DNA of 32,000 bases from Candidatus Bathyarchaeota archaeon (GTDB lineage Archaea; Thermoproteota; Bathyarchaeia; 40CM-2-53-6), in the NCBI GenBank assembly GCA_963706285.1, contig CAVPLU010000012.1:123154-155153 (forward strand), written 5' to 3'. The notes below the pieces were generated by a model that was not told the DNA's origin, made no database searches, and was given only the letters and a program-made list of their open reading frames with translations. The position numbers were made by a program, and so were the translations under genes. Shown here piece by piece: positions 1 through 7,926 of the stretch. Each line of letters starts with the position of its first letter. Position 1 is the first letter of the stretch.

Positions 1-121
1 AATTCAACGACTTCAATACGAGCTTCAGCACGTAGTCTTGATGTGTTAGTGCACCCGGGGGCCCATTTACCCCATTTGGGAATACTTATCCAGACAGACA
101 CCATTCTATACTATGGGGTAA

Positions 122-559
122 TTGTACGTGTCCATCCCTGAGACGATCAAGGACAAGGAATACTGGGCCGAGTACATGAAAAAACATGGCTTCGCAACCC
201 CCAAGATCGAGGCCGATCGCACCAGCATCGGCGACTTGAAAGTATTCTGCAGCATACTATTCCCATACAATCCAAGGAAGGCTGAGCTGGCAGAAGCGAT
301 CCTTCGAGAAATGAGCCGAGCTCGCCTCAGCAAAGTCGAACTGTACAAGGACCTGGCTCCAAAACTGATCCGAGAGAAGCATTGCTCTGCGAGAACGCTA
401 AGCCAAACTTGGCAGTCGCTTCTAAGGAGCGGCCTCCTAAGCCGCGCAAGAAGAAATGAACCAGCACAACTAAGCGACAAGTTCTCTAACAGATTGGAAA
501 TGCTCGCACGCTATTGGCGCGAAAGGATCGTCGAAATACCCAAAGGAGAACTGGCCTAA
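122..559 (+). CDS. hypothetical protein (145 aa, charged/helical, no family recognised)
   Basis: Longest sensible ORF here. It has a TTG start at 122, and the first ATG is at codon 19. It is followed by T-run hairpin repeats at 666-710. The overlapping antisense ORF 106-480 is Arg/Ser/Leu-rich and looks less protein-like. Confidence 0.35.
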   Translation: MYVSIPETIKDKEYWAEYMKKHGFATPKIEADRTSIGDLKVFCSILFPYNPRKAELAEAILREMSRARLSKVELYKDLAPKLIREKHCSARTLSQTWQSLLRSGLLSRARRNEPAQLSDKFSNRLEMLARYWRERIVEIPKGELA

Positions 560-665
560 TCCTCGAATCTTGACCTCATTGAACGCAACGCCATCCTCAG
601 TGAATGTGCTCATGCCCCCAATGGGTTGCGGGCTCTCCGGCACGTTGGCCGTTGCGAAAACTCGG

Positions 666-710
666 CAATCCAATTTTTTGGATTGTTTCTGAACAATCCA
701 GTTTTTTGGA
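666..710 (+). terminator. two copies of a 17-nt hairpin/T6 element (CAATCCA[A/G]TTTTTTGGA), a likely archaeal oligo-T terminator between convergent genes
   Basis: Copies at 666-682 and 694-710 match at 16 of 17 positions. Each contains a TCCA..TGGA palindrome around a T6 run. The element lies downstream of the + gene ending at 559 and abuts the stop of the - gene at 711. Confidence 0.3.
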
Positions 711-1133
711 CTACGCGGTGTATCGATTGTCAGTCTTTGGAGCGGCTTGACTTGCAGCCGGACTGGGAAGGGGCGGCAACGGGGCCGGAATGCCAATCGT
801 CTTTGAGATCAAAATCGCTTCCGCGATCGCCGTGCCTGAAATGGCTTGAATGACTTGCCCTGGAGGAGCTTTCTTCTCCTTCTGTTCCTGAAGGATCTTC
901 TGCAGCTCATCCTTCTCGCCTTGGATCTTTGCGCGACCTTTGATGCTGATCTGCGCGATCGCAGGCGTGAAGTTAACAGTGAACACGAACGGCGACCGTA
1001 GGCTCCCGTCGCTCTGCTCTTCTATCCCAAGCACGTTGATGTTCACCCCTATCTGAATCTGCGACGGCAAGTCCTTCTCGACATCCCACAAACGCTCGCC
1101 TGTCATGTTCGTCACAAATACGTTGACCTTCAC
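711..1133 (-). CDS. hypothetical protein (140 aa, Pro-rich C-terminal tail)
   Basis: Clean ATG ORF with a protein-like composition (MKVNVFVTNMTGERLWDVEKD...). I do not recognise the family. Confidence 0.5.
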   Translation of the reverse strand: MKVNVFVTNMTGERLWDVEKDLPSQIQIGVNINVLGIEEQSDGSLRSPFVFTVNFTPAIAQISIKGRAKIQGEKDELQKILQEQKEKKAPPGQVIQAISGTAIAEAILISKTIGIPAPLPPLPSPAASQAAPKTDNRYTA

Positions 1134-1268
1134 CCTGCAAACCTCAACCTACTACGCAGTCCCTCACGCCTCTTTAACCTTGTCAAACCACCCCTGTCAC
1201 GACTCGGTTCGACTTGACAGAAAGCCTCAAGTCATGGTTTTATGCGTGCGTTCCATTTTCCTATCCAT

Positions 1269-1293
1269 ATTCCGTTCCGCTTTGGAACGGAAT
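1269..1293. promoter_or_regulatory. perfect 10-bp inverted repeat ATTCCGTTCC-gcttt-GGAACGGAAT upstream of the AbrB-like gene
   Basis: Read directly from the sequence. It ends 17 nt upstream of the ATG at 1310 and lies downstream of a TTTTAT TATA-like element at about 1236-1241. Confidence 0.35.
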
Positions 1294-1309
1294 GCACATC
1301 GACTGACAG

Positions 1310-1579
1310 ATGATCGAATTGCTGGAAGTTTTGGCAAATTACGTCGCGACGAGAAAAAGAGGAAGAAACGGAAAAGTGTACGAATCGCCGCGGATCTACC
1401 TTCCAACGAAGCTGACGTGTGATTCGGGCTTTCCGCTGGCTGGAAGGATGACTAGAGTGAGAGTAAGGGTAGAGGGAAGGCGCCTGGTCGTAGAGAAGGC
1501 GTCAAAGAAGGATCTGAGGAGATTCGGCGAGTTGCCTGTCAAACGGACCAAACGTAAGAAACGCAGGAAGAGGCGATAG
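1310..1579 (+). CDS. small basic DNA-binding-like protein, AbrB/SpoVT-like swapped-hairpin pattern with a Lys/Arg tail
   Basis: 89-aa ATG ORF. The segment RIYLPTKL...GRMTRVRVRVEGRRLVVEKA resembles the AbrB/MazE-type motif (xIxIPxxl...Gd.v.v.v.g..l.i). The C-terminal tail is KRTKRKKRRKRR. Confidence 0.45.
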   Translation: MIELLEVLANYVATRKRGRNGKVYESPRIYLPTKLTCDSGFPLAGRMTRVRVRVEGRRLVVEKASKKDLRRFGELPVKRTKRKKRRKRR

Positions 1580-2075
1580 TGCTCGTTACTTTGGGAGAGG
1601 ATCGAGCGCGACCAGACTGATGGATACGTTCGAGGTAGCCCTCGCGGTCTATCTCCCCCGCCCTTATGCGCGTCGAGGAAATCGGCTCGAAGTCCTCAGC
1701 GACAACCATTCCGATAGAAAGTACCGGTAAAGGCCTGAGGCCACGCCGTCTCCTTATCGTGTTGATCCTGTCAGCTGTCTTCTTGGTCAGTCGGCTCACT
1801 ATGAGCGCAGCAATTGTCGAGTCATTGATCGCGGGGCCGTACGGGTCGTCCAAGGGCACTATCTTTGCCCTATCAGCAAGCTGCTCCTTCTTGAGGAAGG
1901 AGATGAGTTCCCGTTTTCTTTTCGGGTAGGGATCCACTCGATGATTCTTGACGAGTCGTTTGACGAAACCGTTGCGGCTCAAGCCAATTAGGACTCGGTC
2001 GCCTGCTCGAAAAGCCGTTCTGAGGAGGATCTTGTGGCCCCTGTGAAGTGCATCGAAGGTTCCGCCAACGGCCAC
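1539..2075 (-). CDS. coaD: phosphopantetheine adenylyltransferase, archaeal type (cytidylyltransferase family)
   Basis: Carries the VGGTFDALHRGHKILL nucleotidyltransferase (H/T)xGH motif and a C-terminal ISSTRIRAGEID motif. It lies directly downstream of pantoate kinase. The tabulated ORF start at 2465 overlaps pantoate kinase by more than 360 nt and is rejected. GTG at 2075 is the only canonical start near the conserved N-terminus, so the start is uncertain by about 40 nt. Confidence 0.75.
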   Translation of the reverse strand: MAVGGTFDALHRGHKILLRTAFRAGDRVLIGLSRNGFVKRLVKNHRVDPYPKRKRELISFLKKEQLADRAKIVPLDDPYGPAINDSTIAALIVSRLTKKTADRINTIRRRRGLRPLPVLSIGMVVAEDFEPISSTRIRAGEIDREGYLERIHQSGRARSSPKVTSTIASSCVSYVWSV

Positions 2076-2101
2076 TTCTCGGAAAGGCGGCCTTTTTGAA
2101 G

Positions 2102-3028
2102 TCAGAGCAACCGAGCCCCTGCGAAGTCCAAGGAAGACGAGAATGCTTGCACTCTGGGAAAGCGTTTTTTGACGGCTGCCAAGACCCTGCCTGCCAAATC
2201 CTCGATGGCAATCGCGTGAACTGCTTGTCCCAGCATGTTCTGGGTTGCACCGATTGCTCCAGCGTCCTCCATCACCTCTATGAGTTGGGCAGTCTGAGGC
2301 GACATCAAGCCCAATCCATAGGCAAATTCCTTTGAGGCAGTCATGAAGTTGGATGGTCGAAGATCTCTCACGATCGATTGAAAGGCCTCCTTGCCCAACG
2401 CATTGACTTTCTTCCTCAGATCTCTTGATCGTAGGGCTTCCTTGGTCGGTATTGGACCAACACATGCGGAGACAACTTTCAGATCAGGCGGGACTGATAC
2501 TCTGTCAATCACAGCAATACCGGGACCTCCACTCTTCCGAGTAATGACAAAACCCCCCGTGAGGATTGGACCTACAGTTCCCAAGCCCGTTCCGTTAGCG
2601 ATCTCTGCTCCATGCACTATTCGTCCAATCTCGTTGACGGACATTCCAAGATCTGCACCTTCAGCGAACGCAAGAGCTGCTGACATAGAACCCGCAGCGC
2701 TGGCTCCGTAGCCTGCGCCAATCGGAACACGTACATCGTGCTCGACGATGACTTCGTACTTCTCTCCCGAGACCTGAAGAAGTCTTGAGATCGCTGAAAT
2801 GGTAGTCCTCGCTTCCTTGGCAAGCCGCTTGTTGATTCGAACAGAAATCTGCGATGTGTTTGCGTGCTTCAGTCGCACACGTGTTAGCACGCCTCTGGAT
2901 ATCACCAACCCGCCACCTCGGGCGCCGGCGTATGAAGGATCTTTGAAGGGGCGCCCGTCGGGCCGCTTGTCGCGAATCTCGAAGAAGCTGCTGATCCCCG
3001 CAGGTGAGAACGCAGATGTCTCATGCAT
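2102..3028 (-). CDS. pok: pantoate kinase (archaeal CoA pathway, GHMP kinase family)
   Basis: 308 aa with the GHMP-kinase signature PIGAGYGASAAGSMSAALA. The N-terminal AFSPAGISSFFEI and overall layout match archaeal PoK (COG1829). It is adjacent to archaeal PPAT. Confidence 0.8.
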   Translation of the reverse strand: MHETSAFSPAGISSFFEIRDKRPDGRPFKDPSYAGARGGGLVISRGVLTRVRLKHANTSQISVRINKRLAKEARTTISAISRLLQVSGEKYEVIVEHDVRVPIGAGYGASAAGSMSAALAFAEGADLGMSVNEIGRIVHGAEIANGTGLGTVGPILTGGFVITRKSGGPGIAVIDRVSVPPDLKVVSACVGPIPTKEALRSRDLRKKVNALGKEAFQSIVRDLRPSNFMTASKEFAYGLGLMSPQTAQLIEVMEDAGAIGATQNMLGQAVHAIAIEDLAGRVLAAVKKRFPRVQAFSSSLDFAGARLL

Positions 3029-3774
3029 TTGCGTTCTTGCTCTTCGCTGCTCGCCCGATTCTGAGACTTGGCAAAGTCGCCTGTACTGCCTTGACTATGG
3101 GCGGGGTAAGCACCAGTAGGAACGGGATCTCAGACAAGTAGGTCCAGAGCGTGGTTCCGTATGCGAAGACGATCGGCAGAGGGCTAGAACCCAGACCCAG
3201 AACTTGAGGCATCACAAACAAAGAGCTGTACGCGACTAACCCGAATCCGATTATGAGGCTTCCTAACGCGAGCCCGATTGACGAAGCCGCTTGCACATCC
3301 GCCCAAGACGAGCGCGCCAGATAAGGCACGGCGACCAGCGCGACCACAAGGGCACTGATTCCCGGCGAGAATTGACAATGTTGACCCCGAAAGACGCGTA
3401 CACGCCGTACGCCGCTATGATGATCGGAGCCGCAATGCCTGCAATGATATTTCCGTATCTTGCTGCACCTTTCAGCGACCTTTGGAGAGAAATCCTAGAA
3501 CACTGAATGCGACAAAGTTCGATGGCACACCGACGAGAAGACTGAGGAGCGCGTCGTGATGACCGTAGACTACGTCGGCGATGAAGATTCCAACTGCTGC
3601 ACCTACGCCGCCGACCCATGGCCCAAAGAGAACCGCGAACGCGCCAGGAACAAAGACTTGGGGCCAGAATCTAACCCCGAAGAGAGTCGGAAGCGAGGCT
3701 GACAGTACACCCAAAGCGGCGTATAGCGCCGCGTTGAGGGAGGCCGTGGCTACCTGTAGTGCGGTCTCTCTCAT
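3021..3774 (-). pseudogene. ECF S-component-like / vitamin-transporter-like polytopic membrane protein, split over three frames
   Basis: Three collinear hydrophobic segments lie in different frames: 3472-3774, about 3368-3475 (LKGAARYGNIIAGIAAPIIIAAYGVYASFGVNIVNS) and 3021-3367 (PGISALVVALVAVPYL...). The motif RFWPQVFVPGAFAVLFGPWVGGVGAAVGIFIADV resembles S-component proteins. The gene overlaps the pantoate kinase start by 8 nt, suggesting an operon. Confidence 0.55.
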
Positions 3775-4113
3775 CTCAAATCGTCAGAGGCACGAGGCGC
3801 ATATGCCTTAACACTTCCCTAGAGACACTGGGCATGTCTCCAAAGTGTATATAGAATGGATTTCAGCATTTCCACTGGAAATCGACGAGCGCTAGGACCA
3901 CCGCGCCGCATCCTTTCTGTCTGAACTTCGATGAGCTCCAAGCGCGTTTTGATTACTTTTGATGGTGAGTTGCTGCATCTTCGCGACATCTGGAGCTTCC
4001 ATGATAACAATTCCGAATTCTGCGAATCCACAGTGACCAGAGAGTGGACACTCGCTTTTTCGCGCCCAGTCGCAAGTCATCAACACTGCGGATCAAGAAG
4101 ATCCGGATGTGAA

Positions 4114-4122
4114 GGTTTTTAC
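4114..4122 (+). promoter_or_regulatory. TATA-like element (GGTTTTTAC) upstream of the tRNA gene
   Basis: AT-rich box centred about 33 nt upstream of tRNA position 1. Assigned by position only. Confidence 0.25.
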
Positions 4123-4150
4123 GGGCACAAGCGCTCTCAACTGTTTGCGT

Positions 4151-4315
4151 AGCCCGGTGGTGTAGCGGTCAAACAGCCTAATGGACTAGGCATAGCAATG
4201 GCGCCAGACCAATGAGGCCACTAGATGGCTCTGGATCCCGCACTAGGAGAAGAAACCTGCCGACGGGAGTTCGAATGGTTCGTTAGAGAACCCGAACATC
4301 TCCCCCGGGCTACCA
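4151..4315 (+). tRNA. tRNA-Gln (anticodon CTG) with four BHB introns and encoded CCA
   Basis: The acceptor stem is AGCCCGG/CCGGGCT, followed by discriminator A and CCA. Exons are 4151-4172, 4190-4197, 4227-4234, 4255-4275 and 4299-4315. Introns are 4173-4189 (17 nt), 4198-4226 (29 nt), 4235-4254 (20 nt) and 4276-4298 (23 nt). The spliced product is AGCCCGGTGGTGTAGCGGTCAAGCATAGCAGGCTCTGGACCTGCCGACGGGAGTTCGAATCTCCCCCGGGCTACCA. It folds as a canonical cloverleaf with D stem GTGT/GCAT, anticodon stem GCAGG/CCTGC, anticodon loop CTCTGGA and T arm GGGAG-TTCGAAT-CTCCC. The conserved U8, A14, GG, U33, TTC and A58 are all present. Confidence 0.85.
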
Positions 4316-4616
4316 TCAACCACCGCCATTAGATTAGAGGTGGTTTCTCATCAGGGCAATCAACGCCATGACCCACGCCTTTCCGGCGTTGATGAGAACT
4401 CTCAAAGCGGCCCCTCTTTCCCGGAAAGCGGCCCCTCTTTGGAGGATGTGATCAAGCACCATGCTAGCGGTCCACCACCTAGACGGCAACAAGTGCAATC
4501 TTCTACCCGTGGAATCTGGCTCAACTGAGGACTCTCCTGCTGTGACGAGCCTGGCGTGACTCAAATCCATGCATCTGAACCCAAAGACATCATTATGCTT
4601 CCAAGAAACCGATTAG

Positions 4617-7046
4617 CTACGCACTAGCCCGTTGACGCTTCTTCTTCATCACAAGTGAGAGGCCCGCAACACCCAATATCACTGCCACAATTGTCGCAAC
4701 AACCATCGGCATTTGCAGCAGGTCTAGGGACCATGGACCACCGTTCGATGTCGTTCCTGTCTCTGTCTGAGTTTGATACTGACTTCTCACAAAATAGTAG
4801 ATGCCGTCCGATCCTAGTGCGGCTACGATGCAGCATGCATTCCCTGAGATCGCGACGTGGCCACCACCCGTAACATCCGCTTGTCCCGGGTAAGTGTAGT
4901 TCCCCAACAAGTGACCGTCGTCGCTCAGAATTTGAAGCGTTCGAAATGTACCAGAATCAGAATAGGGGCTTGAAATAATCACGACGGAGACGTCTCCTCT
5001 GTCCGACATGGATACTGATACAACTGATCCGTTCACGTCCGTCTCCCAGTACGGTCCGGTCGCATTTCCAAGGAGCAACGCTCCTTCGGGGCTACCGGCA
5101 AGGAATCTTTCGCCACTCTCAGAAATCGTGACCATAGGTTTGTTCACGGACCTGCTCCATAGGATTCTCCCTTCGTGATCAAATGCATCAAGCTGGGAAT
5201 CGCTCCCAGCCAGAACGTATCGGCCATCTTTGGATACAGCAACGTTCCAGACACATCTTGGAGCGACATATTTCCAAATCTGCTTTCCTTCTCTGTCGTA
5301 CAGAACTACTCCATTTCTTCCACCGCAGACTGATCCGAAGCGGACGGACTGTTCTCTCATAGCGGCGGCCACGTACAATCCGTCAGCGGAGACTGCCACG
5401 TTACTGTGCACGTGAAGGAATTCATAGTATCCCACGAGTTCAGTTGCATTCGTGATCTGTTTCCACAACTGGCGGCCTTGCGAGTCGAATGCAGAAATGA
5501 AGGTATAGTTGCCCCAGACGACACCTGATACCGCCACCAGACTACCGTCATCAGACATTGATAATGAACTTGCGACTGATTTCGCGTCCAACGCCGTGGT
5601 CCTAATCTGGCGTCCGGTGCTTACGTCATACCAGGCTAGGACAGTCTGCTCTTGGTTCCCTGTTTCGGTCGAGTTGACTGTCACTAGAATTTGGCCGTTC
5701 GACGAAATTGCCGAGATACTTGTGGATCCGTAGATTCCGATTGGGCTTATTGTTCCAGTCATCATTATCGTTCCATTGTCATTGATGACAGCAGTGCCCA
5801 GTGATTCTCCTGATGAGTATCCGATGGCTATTCTTTTCCCGTCCTGTGAAGTCTGAATGTTGAACGGGAGGGAGGACCCGATCTCGGTGTGCATCCATAG
5901 GATATTTGCCCCTGCATCTAGCACGTACATCACGTTCTCGCCTCCAACCGCGGCCATTATTCCCGGCCCTCCTATTGCGACCGATCGCACTACCGAACGC
6001 AGATTTCTCCTTGACAATACGTTGCCAGATCGGTCCAGAACGTGGATAGTGCCATTCAAATCGCCTACAACGAATCTGGAGCCATCGTTGGCTACGGCGA
6101 AGGCTTCCACGCTATAGGGCACCTGAGAATCCCACAGTTTCTTGCCGTTCACATCGAACAATATGACATGAGCGTCGTTGAAGAGTCCGCCTGCTACAGC
6201 GACGTATTCTCCTGAATCAGACACCCAGAGGTGCGGATACGACTCAGCGTATTCGAAAAGGCGGGGTAGTGGTGCAGACCATAACGGATTGCCGTTCTGA
6301 TCGAAAAGATAGACCCCTCTTGGGCCCGCGGCAGCAATCACCAGTCCATTCGACGACATAGCCACGTAGACAACAGCATCGTGAACGGTTGCATTCCATT
6401 TCTTTCCGGAATCAAGATTGGCAAAGTAGAGGAAGTGATCTCTGTCTGTCCTGCTCCATGTTCCAACCGCAACGTACCGTCCGTCCTTGGAGATGACCGG
6501 TGCGCTTGCAAGATCTGATTCGCTTCCGAATCTCTGATCTAGAAGAATGGCTCCACTTCTGTCCTTCACGACAAGCCGTTTTTGCCACCCGTTCGAAAGG
6601 CGATTGGCGCCCACTATCGCTGCCCTTACGCTATCCGTGGAAAGTGCAGAGTGATCGATCTTATCTAGGGTGTAGTTCCATTGCCTTTGCAGTGTGTCCG
6701 TGTCAATCAAAGACACTCCCTGTGCTCCCACCACGGTAGGGTATTCGGTTCCCAGAAGTGCTGATTTGCCATCAGAGGAGAACTGCGCGAAAACAGCATT
6801 ACGATCGGGCAGATGCCAGATCAATCTCCCCTTGGAGTCATAGAGGTAGTAACCATCAAAAAGAACTGGGAGTAGGATCTTCTGGCCGTCTGGTGAAACA
6901 GCTGCCAACTGAAGATCTCCCACGGGGAGTTTCCAAGCCAGTTTGTAGTCATCGGAGACTTCGTTAGAAGCCACTGATAGTTGACTGCTTGATGCACAAG
7001 ATACTAGGATCAGCGTCATTAGCAGCAGAGATGACAAAGATTTCAT
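4617..7046 (-). CDS. cell-surface beta-propeller repeat protein (PQQ/BamB-like or WD40-like repeats), probable lipoprotein with a C-terminal membrane anchor
   Basis: 809 aa. The N-terminal signal peptide has a lipobox-like LVSC (MKSLSSLLLMTLILVSCASS). There are many repeats of the form G..(L/I)W... (GRLIWHLP, GNPLWSAP, GKKLWDSQ, GRQLWKQI, GKQIWKYV, GRILWSRS). A Thr-rich linker precedes a C-terminal TM helix and KKKRQR tail. Confidence 0.8.
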   Translation of the reverse strand: MKSLSSLLLMTLILVSCASSSQLSVASNEVSDDYKLAWKLPVGDLQLAAVSPDGQKILLPVLFDGYYLYDSKGRLIWHLPDRNAVFAQFSSDGKSALLGTEYPTVVGAQGVSLIDTDTLQRQWNYTLDKIDHSALSTDSVRAAIVGANRLSNGWQKRLVVKDRSGAILLDQRFGSESDLASAPVISKDGRYVAVGTWSRTDRDHFLYFANLDSGKKWNATVHDAVVYVAMSSNGLVIAAAGPRGVYLFDQNGNPLWSAPLPRLFEYAESYPHLWVSDSGEYVAVAGGLFNDAHVILFDVNGKKLWDSQVPYSVEAFAVANDGSRFVVGDLNGTIHVLDRSGNVLSRRNLRSVVRSVAIGGPGIMAAVGGENVMYVLDAGANILWMHTEIGSSLPFNIQTSQDGKRIAIGYSSGESLGTAVINDNGTIMMTGTISPIGIYGSTSISAISSNGQILVTVNSTETGNQEQTVLAWYDVSTGRQIRTTALDAKSVASSLSMSDDGSLVAVSGVVWGNYTFISAFDSQGRQLWKQITNATELVGYYEFLHVHSNVAVSADGLYVAAAMREQSVRFGSVCGGRNGVVLYDREGKQIWKYVAPRCVWNVAVSKDGRYVLAGSDSQLDAFDHEGRILWSRSVNKPMVTISESGERFLAGSPEGALLLGNATGPYWETDVNGSVVSVSMSDRGDVSVVIISSPYSDSGTFRTLQILSDDGHLLGNYTYPGQADVTGGGHVAISGNACCIVAALGSDGIYYFVRSQYQTQTETGTTSNGGPWSLDLLQMPMVVATIVAVILGVAGLSLVMKKKRQRASA

Positions 7047-7137
7047 TTGGACTCCACCTCACACGACCAGAATTCAATCTGCCCAAAACGGAGAGCGGAA
7101 GAATAGTGTCTGCGCTCGCACAACACGATTCCTGCGA

Positions 7138-7926
7138 CTAGAAGTGTGTCAGGCGGTACTCAAGCGCATCCATTTCAGTGAGGATCTCGCGTGGTAGTCG
7201 GTCGCCGAATTGTTCAAAGAATTTGCGCTGGTCAGTGATGTCTTCAAGCCAGGCGGATCTATCTACTTCAAGGAGCGCCTCCATGTCGTGGTCCGATATT
7301 TCAAGTCCCGTCAAATCGAGGCTTGACTTGTGGGGCAGGTAACCTAATGGAGTGGTGACCGCTTCTGCTTCGCCTCTACTCCGTGCGAGGATCCACTCGA
7401 TGATCCTTAGATTCTCTCCGTAGCCTGGCCAGAGGTAACGTCCGTTGGCGTCCTGCCTGAACCAGTTCACGTGAAATATCTTGGGTGGCTCAAGCATTCG
7501 GGCGCCCATCCTAAGCCAGTGCACGAAGTAGTCAGCCATATTGTACCCGCAGAATGGCAACATCGCCATTGGGTCACGCCGCAACTGGCCCTGCTTGCCG
7601 TACTGAGCAGCAGTCAGCTCCGATGCTGCCGTCGCTCCGACATAGACGCCGTGCTGCCAACTGAATGCCTGATAGACCAATGGAGCCAAGTGAGCGCGTC
7701 GGCCTCCAAAGACGATCGCCGAGATCGGCACGCCGTGGTGCTGCTCAAGCCGGAAGGAGACAGATGGCACTTGAGAAAGAGGCGCAGTAAAGCGGCTGTT
7801 AGGGTGCGCCCCCAAGACGGGGTTACCGTTCTCGTCTTTCATTCTGAGAGTTCCAAGGGCGACCACGCCAATCGAGACCTTCGCTGGGAGGCGGATCGTC
7901 TCCGCCCTCCCACCACACTCCTCCAT
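7138..7926 (-). CDS. pckG: phosphoenolpyruvate carboxykinase (GTP), C-terminal fragment
   Basis: Carries the PEPCK-GTP motifs AHPNSRFTAP, GGRR, YQAFSWQHGVYVGA, FHVNWFRQD..G.YLWPGYGEN and the tail PLGYLP. The conserved sequence is in frame from about 7842 downward. The ORF start at 7926 is not the real N-terminus. Confidence 0.85.
   Translation of the reverse strand: MEECGGRAETIRLPAKVSIGVVALGTLRMKDENGNPVLGAHPNSRFTAPLSQVPSVSFRLEQHHGVPISAIVFGGRRAHLAPLVYQAFSWQHGVYVGATAASELTAAQYGKQGQLRRDPMAMLPFCGYNMADYFVHWLRMGARMLEPPKIFHVNWFRQDANGRYLWPGYGENLRIIEWILARSRGEAEAVTTPLGYLPHKSSLDLTGLEISDHDMEALLEVDRSAWLEDITDQRKFFEQFGDRLPREILTEMDALEYRLTHF

Noticed and set aside
2076-2465. N-terminal 130 codons of the tabulated 308-aa ORF 1539-2465.
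   Set aside because: This part overlaps pantoate kinase out of frame by more than 360 nt and has a low-complexity, Arg/Gly/Ser-rich translation. PPAT homology starts only at VAVGGTFDALHRGH.
3819-4152. Three overlapping small ORFs (64-73 aa) between the transporter-like gene and the tRNA.
   Set aside because: They are mutually exclusive, none resembles a known family, and the region is better explained as divergent promoter space. I cannot support any of them as a gene.
4176-4192. Alternative boundaries for tRNA intron 1 (ACA|GCCTAATGGACTAGGCA|TA), built on the GCCTA/TAGGC hairpin.
   Set aside because: These boundaries also give a valid cloverleaf (D stem GTGT/ACAT). However, they place both splice sites opposite each other in a 3x3 internal loop, not in a BHB. 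The 4173-4189 solution has a proper 4-bp helix (GGTC:GACT) with two 3-nt bulges and yields the CAAGCAT D-arm sequence I recall for archaeal tRNA-Gln.
4394-4430. Possible CRISPR-like repeat.
   Set aside because: There are only two 16-nt copies with a 5-nt spacer. This is far too short and too few for a CRISPR array, and there are no cas genes.
7823-7926. Programmed ribosomal frameshifting as the explanation for the PEPCK overlap.
   Set aside because: I see no slippery heptamer and no downstream stem-loop or pseudoknot at the junction. The many other frame breaks in the window make an indel, whether an error or a mutation, the simpler explanation.
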